Shown here: positions 1 through 7,800 of the stretch, in pieces
Numbering within the stretch: the first letter of the stretch is position 1
Layout: every line of letters begins with the position of its first letter
Assembly (NCBI GenBank): GCA_018239675.1
Contig: JAFEGX010000069.1
Coordinates: 1,786-65,785, forward strand
Length of the DNA stretch: 64,000 bases
Origin: Verrucomicrobiota bacterium
Lineage (GTDB): Bacteria > Verrucomicrobiota > Verrucomicrobiia > Opitutales > Opitutaceae
Direction: 5' to 3'
Made by a program: the position numbers and the translations under genes
Notes under the pieces: generated by a model
Database searches by the model: none
What the model saw: the letters and a program-made list of their open reading frames with translations, nothing else
What the model was told of the DNA's origin: nothing

Positions 1-878
1 TCATCCAGGCCTCGCTCGACGACGCCGAGGCCGTCCGCGCCGCGTGCGCCGGCATCGAAACCGTCTTCCACACCGCGGCCAAGGTCGGCGTCTGGGGCCG
101 TCACGCCGATTTCCATCGGACCAACGTCCTCGGCACCCGCGCCCTGCTCGCGGGCTGCCGCGCCAACGGGGTCGCGTACCTGGTGCACACCTCGACGCCG
201 AGCGTGGTGTACAACGGCCGGGACCTCGCGAACGCCGACGAGTCGCTGCCGCTCACGACGTCGTGCCCGAGCCCGTATCCTCTGACGAAGGCGATCGCGG
301 AGCGCGACGTGCTCGCGGCGAACTCGCCGTCGCTGCGCACCGTGGCGCTCCGTCCCCATCTCATCTGGGGTGTCGGCGATCCCCACCTGGTGCCGCGGGT
401 GATCGCCCGGGCGCGGGCCGGCCGGCTGCGCATCATCGGCTCCGGCCAAAACCTGGTCGACATGGTGCACATCGAGAACGCCGTCGAGGCCCAGCTGCTC
501 GCCGAGGCCGGCCTGCGCCGCCGAGCCACGGCCCGCGCGGCGGATCCGGCGGGCCGCGCCTACTTCATCACCAACGGCGAGCCGGTGCGGCTCTGGGACT
601 GGATCAACGGCCTGCTGGCCGCGCTGCGCATCCCGCCCGTCACCCGCCGCGTCCCTCTCGGCGCCGCCTATGCGGCCGGCGCCTGCTGCGAGGCCGCCTG
701 GCGGCTCCTGCCCCTGCGGGGCGAGCCACCCCTTACCCGGTTCATTGCGGCCGAGCTCGCCAAGGACCATTGGTTCGACCTCACGGCGGCGCGCCGCGAC
801 CTCGGCTACACCCCGTGGGTCACGATGGCCGACGGCACCGCCGCGCTGGTCGATTTCTTCCGCCAGGTCGGCGCCTGA
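1..878 (+). CDS. NAD-dependent epimerase/dehydratase, 3-beta-hydroxysteroid dehydrogenase/isomerase-like (5' end outside window)
   Basis: Frame 3 is open from the window edge (..ETVFHTAAKVGVWG..NVLGTRALLAGC..VHTSTPSVVY..) to the TGA at 876-878. An extended-SDR style YxxxK is present ('SPYPLTKAIAE'). The track ORF 183..878 is the C-terminal part. Confidence 0.8.
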   Translation, partial: IQASLDDAEAVRAACAGIETVFHTAAKVGVWGRHADFHRTNVLGTRALLAGCRANGVAYLVHTSTPSVVYNGRDLANADESLPLTTSCPSPYPLTKAIAERDVLAANSPSLRTVALRPHLIWGVGDPHLVPRVIARARAGRLRIIGSGQNLVDMVHIENAVEAQLLAEAGLRRRATARAADPAGRAYFITNGEPVRLWDWINGLLAALRIPPVTRRVPLGAAYAAGACCEAAWRLLPLRGEPPLTRFIAAELAKDHWFDLTAARRDLGYTPWVTMADGTAALVDFFRQVGA

Positions 879-882
879 ACGC

Positions 883-1404
883 ATGACCGTCCACGCCCGC
901 CAGCTCATCCTGCCCGCGCTCGCCATGGCGGCGATCGTGCTCGCCTCGAACCTGCTCGTGCAGTTTCCGATCAACCCGTGGCTGACCTGGGGCGCGTTTT
1001 CCTACCCGGTCGCTTATCTGGTCACGGACGTCTGCAACCGCGTCGTCGGCCCGCAGCTGGCCCGGCGCGTGGCCTGGATCGGATTTGCGTGCGGCCTGAC
1101 CTGCTCGGCGCTGCTCGCGCCGCTGCGCATCGCGGTGGCCTCCGGCGCGGCCTTCATCGTGTCGCAGCTGCTCGATGTCGCGGTTTTCAACCAGCTCCGC
1201 CGCCAGAGCTGGTGGAAGGCGCCGTTCTTCGGCTCCGTCGCCGCCTCGATCATCGACACCGCGATCTTCTTCAGCCTCGCCTTTTCCGGCACGCAGATTC
1301 CATGGCTGCCGCTGGCCTGCGGCGACCTCGGCGTGAAGCTCTTCATGGCGCTCGTCCTGCTGCCGCCCTACCGCGTGCTGGTGCGGCGCCTGACCAGCGC
1401 GTGA
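883..1404 (+). CDS. Queuosine-precursor transporter family membrane protein (YhhQ/VUT, DUF165-like)
   Basis: First ATG after the upstream stop, in the frame of track ORF 670..1404. Motifs 'SNLLVQFPINPWLTWGAFSYPVAYLVTD', 'SQLLDVAVFNQLRR' and 'IIDTAIFFSLAF' resemble YhhQ-family signatures. Multi-TM protein. Confidence 0.7.
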   Translation: MTVHARQLILPALAMAAIVLASNLLVQFPINPWLTWGAFSYPVAYLVTDVCNRVVGPQLARRVAWIGFACGLTCSALLAPLRIAVASGAAFIVSQLLDVAVFNQLRRQSWWKAPFFGSVAASIIDTAIFFSLAFSGTQIPWLPLACGDLGVKLFMALVLLPPYRVLVRRLTSA

Positions 1405-1417
1405 CGCCGGCGGATGT

Positions 1418-3343
1418 TCAACCCTTGAGGTGGGCGGCGAGGAACCGTTCGAGCCGCTCGTAGAACTCGACCGAGGCCTTGCCGCGGTCGAAGCCGTGGC
1501 CCTGATCCTCCTCGACCAGGAATTCGAACGGCTTGTTGTATTTCTTGAGTTCGCGCTTCAACCGCGTCCAGTGGTCGAACTCCACCACCGGGTCGTTCTT
1601 CCCATAGGCATGGAAGGTGGGGACCTTGATGCGCTCGATCATGCGGATCGGCGAGGTCGCGGAACGGTATTCCTTGTTCGGGCCCACCCACACGTCGCGG
1701 TAGTCAAAATCCTCGTCCGTGATGTCGGCGTCCATGCCGCGATAGTGATAGGTGATCTCCAGGTCGGTCGCGCCGACACAGTTCACGGCGCAGCAATAGA
1801 GGTCGGGGGTCAGGGTCACGCCGGCGAGCGCGGCATAGCCGCCGTAGCTGGCCCCGTAGATGGCGACGTGCTTGGGGTCGGCGATGCCCTGCGCGATGGC
1901 CCAGTTCACGCCGTCGGTCAGGTCATCCTGCATGGCCCGGCCCCATTGGGCCTTGCCGCGGTCGATGAAGGAGCGGCCATACCCGCCCGAGCCGCGGAAG
2001 TTGACCTGGAGCACGGCATAGCCCCGCGACGCCAGGAACTGCGCCTCGGCGTCATAGCCCCAGCTGTCGCGAATGCCGAACGGTCCGCCGTGCGGCAGCA
2101 CCACCATCGGCACCCGCCGGCCCGTCATCGCCGCCCACGGCCGCGTGATGTAGCCCTCGAGCGGCAGTCCGTCCCGCGCCTTGAACGCAATGGGCTCCAT
2201 GGGACGGAGCAGGCGGCCGTCCAGTCCCGGCTGGACCCGCTTGAACAGCGCCATGCTCTTCGCCGTCCTATCCAGCACGAAGTAGGCGCCGGGCTCGCGG
2301 TCCGACATCACCCGCACCATCATCACCTTTTCGTCCTTCGAGGCGCTGACGATCCGCACTTCGACTCCCGGAAACGCCTCCTCGACCGAGGCCTGCAACT
2401 CGGCACGCTCGGGATTGAACCAGTGGTACCTGGGCTTGGCTCCCTCGTACAACACGCCGTCCAGCCGACGGTGGTCCCGGGAGAAGATCATCCGCTGGAT
2501 CTCACCTTCCGGCGGGACGAAAATCGGCCCGCTGAGTTCGCGTTTGCCCGTGTCAAACCGGTACAGCGCCCCGCGGTCCTCGGCATCACGGGTGACCAGG
2601 TACGCGGTCCGGCCGTCGTCGGTCACCCCGGCCATCTCCAGCCACTCGGCATATCCATGAAACGGCCACGTCTTCAACGCGACTGGCTTCGCGCCCAGCC
2701 CGTCCTGGTAATACAGGGTGAGTTTCCGATCGAGCAGCGAGACGTAGAAGCGGACGGCTCCATTGCCATCGGTGACAAACTCGGCGAATCGGGAATGGCT
2801 GTCGCCTTCCGGGCGGCGGAACACCGTCTGGTTCTTGCCGGAGTAGACATTGAACAGCTGCAGATAGCCGCCCAGGTTTCGGTCCCAGAAGCCCGCGATG
2901 ATGTTCTCGGGGTCGTCCGACCGCGGGTCCACGACCGCCGCGACGCCGAATCGGTCGTTGAGCTTGACGATCTTCTTGCCCGCCAGGTCGGTCAGGATGA
3001 TGTCGGGCGCCCGGTTGCCGTGATAGTCGGCGTAGGCAATCAGGTGCTCGTTGCCCTTCCAGGTCACGGCGTCGATGCTCTCGTTGGGCGCCTTGAGCAC
3101 CAGGTAGGCGTTACCAGTGGCCCGCTCATAGACGCCCAGCGCCCGGCGGTCTTCGAGGGGAAAGAGAAAGGCGATCTTCGAGCCGTCCGGGGAAAGCTGC
3201 GGGGCGATCACCTGGTCGTTGCTGAAGAACGCCTTTGCCGGCAGCTGGCCCGCGGCTTCCGCGAGGCGAGAGATTTCCTGTTCCGTGGGCGCGCCGGCGA
3301 GGGTGCCGGCCAGGACCAGATACAGCCAGGTTCGCATCGTCAT
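1418..3343 (-). CDS. S9 family serine peptidase (prolyl oligopeptidase / dipeptidyl aminopeptidase-like), secreted
   Basis: 641-aa ORF with an N-terminal signal-like segment (MTMRTWLYLVLAGTLAGA). Beta-propeller-like N-half and alpha/beta-hydrolase C-half with the nucleophile elbow 'GASYGGY' and '..EDQGHGF'. Confidence 0.85.
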   Translation of the reverse strand: MTMRTWLYLVLAGTLAGAPTEQEISRLAEAAGQLPAKAFFSNDQVIAPQLSPDGSKIAFLFPLEDRRALGVYERATGNAYLVLKAPNESIDAVTWKGNEHLIAYADYHGNRAPDIILTDLAGKKIVKLNDRFGVAAVVDPRSDDPENIIAGFWDRNLGGYLQLFNVYSGKNQTVFRRPEGDSHSRFAEFVTDGNGAVRFYVSLLDRKLTLYYQDGLGAKPVALKTWPFHGYAEWLEMAGVTDDGRTAYLVTRDAEDRGALYRFDTGKRELSGPIFVPPEGEIQRMIFSRDHRRLDGVLYEGAKPRYHWFNPERAELQASVEEAFPGVEVRIVSASKDEKVMMVRVMSDREPGAYFVLDRTAKSMALFKRVQPGLDGRLLRPMEPIAFKARDGLPLEGYITRPWAAMTGRRVPMVVLPHGGPFGIRDSWGYDAEAQFLASRGYAVLQVNFRGSGGYGRSFIDRGKAQWGRAMQDDLTDGVNWAIAQGIADPKHVAIYGASYGGYAALAGVTLTPDLYCCAVNCVGATDLEITYHYRGMDADITDEDFDYRDVWVGPNKEYRSATSPIRMIERIKVPTFHAYGKNDPVVEFDHWTRLKRELKKYNKPFEFLVEEDQGHGFDRGKASVEFYERLERFLAAHLKG

Positions 3344-3382
3344 TCTCTAGGGTGACGCACCCGGGACACGCAAACCAAGAGG

Positions 3383-4186
3383 TCAGGCCCGCTGCCGCAC
3401 GGCCTCGAACAGCGTGATGATCGTCGCCATCGCCACGTTCAGCGAGTCGGCCTGGCCCGCCATCGGGATGCGCACGGTGAGGTCGCACTGCTTCAGCCAA
3501 AAGTCGCTCAGTCCATATTGCTCGCTGCCCATCACGATCGCGAGCGGCCCGCGCAGGTCGGCCGCGGTATAGAGCGTCTCGGCCGCGGGCGTCGTGGCGA
3601 CTGCGCGGATGCCCCGCGACCGGAGCCAGTTCCGCACCGGCTCGCTTTCCGCGACCACCAGCGGGACCGAGAAAAGCACGCCGGTCGAGGCGCGCACGAC
3701 GTTGGGGTTGAAGATGTCGGTCACGGGATCGCAGACGATCACGGCATGGCAGCCCGCCGCGTCGGCGCTGCGGAGGATGGTGCCGAGGTTGCCGGGCTTC
3801 TCGATCGCCTCCACCACCAGCAGGAACGGCGCGGCCGGCAGCACCAGATCCTCCAGCGTGCGGCGCCACTGCGGCGCGACCGCCAGCAGGCCGTCGGGCC
3901 GCTCGCGGTAGGCGACCTTGGCAAACGCTTCCTTCGACAGCTCGAACGCCGCCGCCCCCGCCGCCCGGGCCTGGGTGATGAGCGCCGGCTCGTTTTCCCC
4001 GAGGAACCAGTCGGGGGCGTAATAAAGCTCGGTCAGCCTCACGCCCTTCTCCAGCGCGCGCCGGATTTCGCGGTAGCCCTCGACCAGGAATACCCCGGCC
4101 TCGTCGCGCGGCCGGCGGTCCCGCAGCTTCACGAGCTGCTTCACCCGGGGATTCTGGAGACTGGAGATTTTCTCGGCAGGGACCAC
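3383..4186 (-). CDS. TrmH/SpoU family RNA 2'-O-methyltransferase
   Basis: SpoU motifs 'PGNLGTILRSADAAG', 'IVMGSEQYGLS' and 'IPMAGQADSLNVAMA'. Start moved to the in-frame GTG at 4186 (VVPAEKISSLQNPRVKQL..) because the track N-terminus (..PRNTRNTRK..) is a read-through of an intergenic repeat. Confidence 0.8.
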   Translation of the reverse strand: MVPAEKISSLQNPRVKQLVKLRDRRPRDEAGVFLVEGYREIRRALEKGVRLTELYYAPDWFLGENEPALITQARAAGAAAFELSKEAFAKVAYRERPDGLLAVAPQWRRTLEDLVLPAAPFLLVVEAIEKPGNLGTILRSADAAGCHAVIVCDPVTDIFNPNVVRASTGVLFSVPLVVAESEPVRNWLRSRGIRAVATTPAAETLYTAADLRGPLAIVMGSEQYGLSDFWLKQCDLTVRIPMAGQADSLNVAMATIITLFEAVRQRA

Positions 4187-4193
4187 GGCAGCA

Positions 4194-4274
4194 ACGGAAC
4201 ACACGGATCGCCGAAAAAGACAAAATCCTTTTCCTCGCCGCCTGGGTTTTCGTGTGTTCCGTGTATTCCGTGGG
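4194..4274. repeat. CCGTG-word element (family A, short form) in a divergent promoter region
   Basis: Perfect 10-bp inverted repeat GGAACACACG (4196-4205) / CGTGTGTTCC (4251-4260). Tandem words TTCCGTGT-ATTCCGTGGG lie at 4256-4274. They closely match TTCCGTGTCTTCCGTGTGTTCCGTGGGCC at 15921-15950. Confidence 0.7.
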
Positions 4275-5505
4275 CCGGAAAAAAACACCCAACGACCTCC
4301 CGTTCGCCTACCACGCCGAGCTCGAGCTGACGATCGCCACGCTGACCAATCTCGGCTCCGGCCTCGGCCGCGTCGCGCTCCCCGGCGAAACCGACCCCAA
4401 GTGGGTCGTCATGGTGCCCTTCGCCCTGCCCGGCGAGCGGGTGCGGGCGCGGGTCTTCCGGAATCACAAGAATTTCTCCGAGGCGGACCTGCTCGAGGTG
4501 CTGACGCCTTCGCCGTCCCGCGTTTCGCCTCTCTGTCCGCTCTTCGGCCGCTGTGGCGGGTGCCAATACCAGCACCTCACGTACGCCGCGCAGCTCGCCT
4601 GGAAACGGCAGCAGGTCGCCGAGCTGCTCCTCCACCTGGGCGGCATCGAGTTCCCCGTCGCCCCGGTCGTGGCGTCGCCGCGCGAGCACGGCTACCGCTC
4701 CAAAATCACCCCGCATTTCAATCCGCCGCGGCCCGGGCAGCCGCTGCCGATCGGCTTTCTCCGGCAGGGCACGCGCTTCGACATCGTGGACGTTCCCGCG
4801 TGCCCGATCGCCACGCCGGGCCTGAATGCGAAGCTTGCCGAGGTGCGGGCGGAGGTGGCGGCCCGCCGCGACACCTTCAAGCGCGGGGCCACGCTGCTGC
4901 TCCGCGAGGCCAGCGGGCAGGTGACGACCGACTACGACGCGGTCATCACCGAGACCGTCGGGATGGTAAGACTGCGCTTCCTCGCCCGCGATTTCTTTCA
5001 GAACAACCCCTTCATCCTGCCGGCCTTCACCGCCTATGTGCGCGACCAGGCGGCCGCGGGCGGCGCCCGGTTTCTGGTCGATGCCTATTGCGGAAGCGGT
5101 CTGTTCGCCCTGACGGCCGCGCCGGCCTTCGCGCAGGTCGCGGGCATCGAGATCAGCGCCAGCAGCATCGCGTTCGCCCGCGAGAACGCCGCGGCCAACG
5201 GTGTCACCAACGCCACCTTCCAGGCCGGCGACGCGGCCGCCATCTTCCAGGGGCTCGCGTTCCCGGCGGCCGACACCGCCGTCATCATCGATCCGCCGCG
5301 CAAGGGCTGCGACGAGGCCTTCCTCCGGCAGCTTTTCGCCTTCGGCCCGCGCACCGTGGTCTACGTGTCGTGCGACCCCGCGACCCAGATGCGGGACCTG
5401 AGGCATTTCCTCGCCGCCGGCTACCAACTCAAGGCCGCCCAGCCCTTCGACCTGTTTCCGCAGACCCGGCACCTCGAGTGCGTGCTGACGCTGCACCGGG
5501 CCTGA
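4270..5505 (+). CDS. rlmD: 23S rRNA (uracil-C5)-methyltransferase, RumA/RlmD-like (TRAM + Fe-S cysteines + SAM MTase)
   Basis: 'CPLFGRCGGCQYQHLTYAAQLAWK' Fe-S/TrmA-family signature, 'DAYCGSGLF' SAM motif and 'IDPPRKG'..'YVSCDPAT'. Start is uncertain (GTG 4252 in the track, GTG 4270 chosen) because the first codons overlap the repeat. Confidence 0.85.
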   Translation: MGRKKTPNDLPFAYHAELELTIATLTNLGSGLGRVALPGETDPKWVVMVPFALPGERVRARVFRNHKNFSEADLLEVLTPSPSRVSPLCPLFGRCGGCQYQHLTYAAQLAWKRQQVAELLLHLGGIEFPVAPVVASPREHGYRSKITPHFNPPRPGQPLPIGFLRQGTRFDIVDVPACPIATPGLNAKLAEVRAEVAARRDTFKRGATLLLREASGQVTTDYDAVITETVGMVRLRFLARDFFQNNPFILPAFTAYVRDQAAAGGARFLVDAYCGSGLFALTAAPAFAQVAGIEISASSIAFARENAAANGVTNATFQAGDAAAIFQGLAFPAADTAVIIDPPRKGCDEAFLRQLFAFGPRTVVYVSCDPATQMRDLRHFLAAGYQLKAAQPFDLFPQTRHLECVLTLHRA

Positions 5506-5586
5506 AGCGGCCGTGGGATCCGCCCCCATCCGCGCCCGCGATCCCGGAGGATTGCCATCGCCGGCCAATCTGATATCGCGTGGTCC

Positions 5587-7782
5587 GTGAGCTCCTCTCC
5601 ACCCCTCCTCTCACCGACCGGCGCCCCGCGCCACCACTGGAAGTTCTTTCGCACCGGCGGTCTCGACCAGGTGGCCCTCACCACGTCCGCCGACCTGCTG
5701 GCCCTCGACCAGCTCGACCCGAAGCTGTGGGTGGCCCTGTCCTGCCCGGTCAAAGGCCTGGAACTCGACGAGAAGACCCTCGCGCTCATCGATGCCGACG
5801 GCGACGGCCGCATCCGCGTCCCCGAGCTCCTCACCGCGGTGAAATGGGCCGCCGACCGCCTCAAGGATCCCGCTACGCTTCTCCGCGGGGCCGACCGCCT
5901 GCCGCTGGCGGTGATGAACGACGCCACCCCGGAAGGCAAGGTCATCCACGCCGCCGCGCGGCAGATTCTGCTCAGCTTGGGCCGGCCGGACGAGGCGGCC
6001 ATCGGGGTCGACGACACCTCCGACGTCGCGAAGATTTTCTCCGCCAGCGCGCTGAACGGCGACGGGGTCATCCCGCTTGAGGCGACCGAGGATGCCGACG
6101 CCCGCGGACTGATCCAGGACGCCGTCGCCTGCATGGGCGGCGTCGCCGACCGCACCGGCTCGATCGGCACCACCGCCGAGAAGACCGAGGCCTTCTACAA
6201 GGAACTCGAAGCGTACGTCGCCTGGGTGGAGCAGGGGTCCGCGCAGGGCATTGCCGCGCTCGGCGACCAGACGGCCGCCGCGTGCGGCGTCCTCCAGGCC
6301 GTGCGGGTGAAGGTCGAAGATTATTTCGCCCGCTGCCGGCTCGCCGCGTTCGATGCGCGGGCCATCGCCGCGCTCAACCGGTCGGAGACCGAATACCTCG
6401 CGATCGCGGCGCGCGACCTGAAGATCACGACCGAGGAGGTCGCGGGCTTCCCGCTCGCGCGGGTCGAGGCCGGCCGGGCGCTGCCGCTGCTCGAGGGAGT
6501 GAATCCCGCCTGGGCCGCGGCCCTGGCCGCGCTGCACGCCACCGTCGTGACTCCGCTGCTCGGCGGGAGCCGGAAGAGCCTCACGGAGGAGGAGTGGCGG
6601 GAGCTCAACGCCCGGCTGGCCCCGTTCGAGGCCTGGCTCGGCAGCAAGGCCGGCGCCAAGGTCGAGTCCCTTGGCCTTGCCCGAGCCCGCGAGCTGCTGG
6701 CCGGCAAGGGCCGGGAGACCCTGCAGGGCCTCATCGCCCGCGACCAGGCGCTCGCGCCCGAGTTCAATGCCATCAGCGCCGTGGACCGCCTGGTCCGCTA
6801 CCACCGCGACCTGCGCGCGCTGCTCCACAATTTCGTCAACTTCGCCGACTTCTACTCCCCCGACCGTCTCGCGGTGTTCCAGGCCGGCACCCTCTACATC
6901 GACAGCCGATCGTGCGAGCTCTGCATCCGGGTGGACGACCCCGGCGCGCACGCCGGCCTCGCCGCCAGCAGCAAGGCGTACATCGCGTACATCGACTGCC
7001 GTCGCCCGAGCGGCGAGCTGATGAAGGTTGCCGCCTGCGTGACGCAGGGCGACAGCGACTACCTCGTCACCGGCCGCAACGGCCTGTTCATCGACCGCCG
7101 GGGACGCGACTGGGACGCGACCATCACGAAGATCATCGATAACCCGATCAGCCTCCGGCAGGCCTTCTGGTCGCCGTACAAGAAATTCATCCGGATGATC
7201 GAGGAGCAGGTGGCCAAGCGGGCCGCGGCGGCCGACGCCGAAGCCAATACCAAGCTCGCCACCACCGCCGAGTCGGCCGCCAACGCCGACAAGAACAAGG
7301 CCGCCGCCAAGAAGATCGATGTCGGCACGGTGGCCGCCCTGGGCGTCGCGGTCGGCGCCATCGGCGGCGCGCTCGCCACGCTGGCCACCGGCCTGGCCAA
7401 GCTCGAGCCGTGGCAGCTGCCGCTCGTGATCGTCGCCGGCATGCTCATCATCTCCACGCCCGCGGTCGTGATTGCCTGGCTCAAGCTCCGCCAGCGCACG
7501 CTCGGTCCGATCCTCGACGCGAACGGCTGGGCGGTGAACGGCCGTGTCCAGATCAACATCCCGTTCGGCACCGCGCTCACCGAGCAGGCGAGCCTGCCGC
7601 CGGGCGCGAGCCGCTCGCTCAAGGATCCATACGCGGAAAAGAAGGGCGGCCGTCGCACCGTGCTGGTGGCGGTCATCGTCCTCGTCATCCTGCTGGGCCT
7701 CGCCAAGCTCTTCGGCGTCTGGCCGTTCGGCCCGTTCTTCGGCGGGTCGAGCGGGACTCCCGCCGTCGAGACAATGAACTAG
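5587..7782 (+). CDS. Large hypothetical protein with a canonical EF-hand loop and a C-terminal membrane anchor
   Basis: 731-aa ORF with coding-like composition. 'DADGDGRIRVPE' (nt 5791-5826) fits DxDxDGxIxxxE. A Lys/Ala-rich linker is followed by about three hydrophobic helices near the C-terminus (..VGTVAALGVAVGAIGGALATLA.., ..LPLVIVAGMLIISTPAVVIAWL.., ..TVLVAVIVLVILLGLA..). Confidence 0.7.
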   Translation: MSSSPPLLSPTGAPRHHWKFFRTGGLDQVALTTSADLLALDQLDPKLWVALSCPVKGLELDEKTLALIDADGDGRIRVPELLTAVKWAADRLKDPATLLRGADRLPLAVMNDATPEGKVIHAAARQILLSLGRPDEAAIGVDDTSDVAKIFSASALNGDGVIPLEATEDADARGLIQDAVACMGGVADRTGSIGTTAEKTEAFYKELEAYVAWVEQGSAQGIAALGDQTAAACGVLQAVRVKVEDYFARCRLAAFDARAIAALNRSETEYLAIAARDLKITTEEVAGFPLARVEAGRALPLLEGVNPAWAAALAALHATVVTPLLGGSRKSLTEEEWRELNARLAPFEAWLGSKAGAKVESLGLARARELLAGKGRETLQGLIARDQALAPEFNAISAVDRLVRYHRDLRALLHNFVNFADFYSPDRLAVFQAGTLYIDSRSCELCIRVDDPGAHAGLAASSKAYIAYIDCRRPSGELMKVAACVTQGDSDYLVTGRNGLFIDRRGRDWDATITKIIDNPISLRQAFWSPYKKFIRMIEEQVAKRAAAADAEANTKLATTAESAANADKNKAAAKKIDVGTVAALGVAVGAIGGALATLATGLAKLEPWQLPLVIVAGMLIISTPAVVIAWLKLRQRTLGPILDANGWAVNGRVQINIPFGTALTEQASLPPGASRSLKDPYAEKKGGRRTVLVAVIVLVILLGLAKLFGVWPFGPFFGGSSGTPAVETMN

Positions 7783-7800
7783 GCGCCCGCGCGGCTGACC

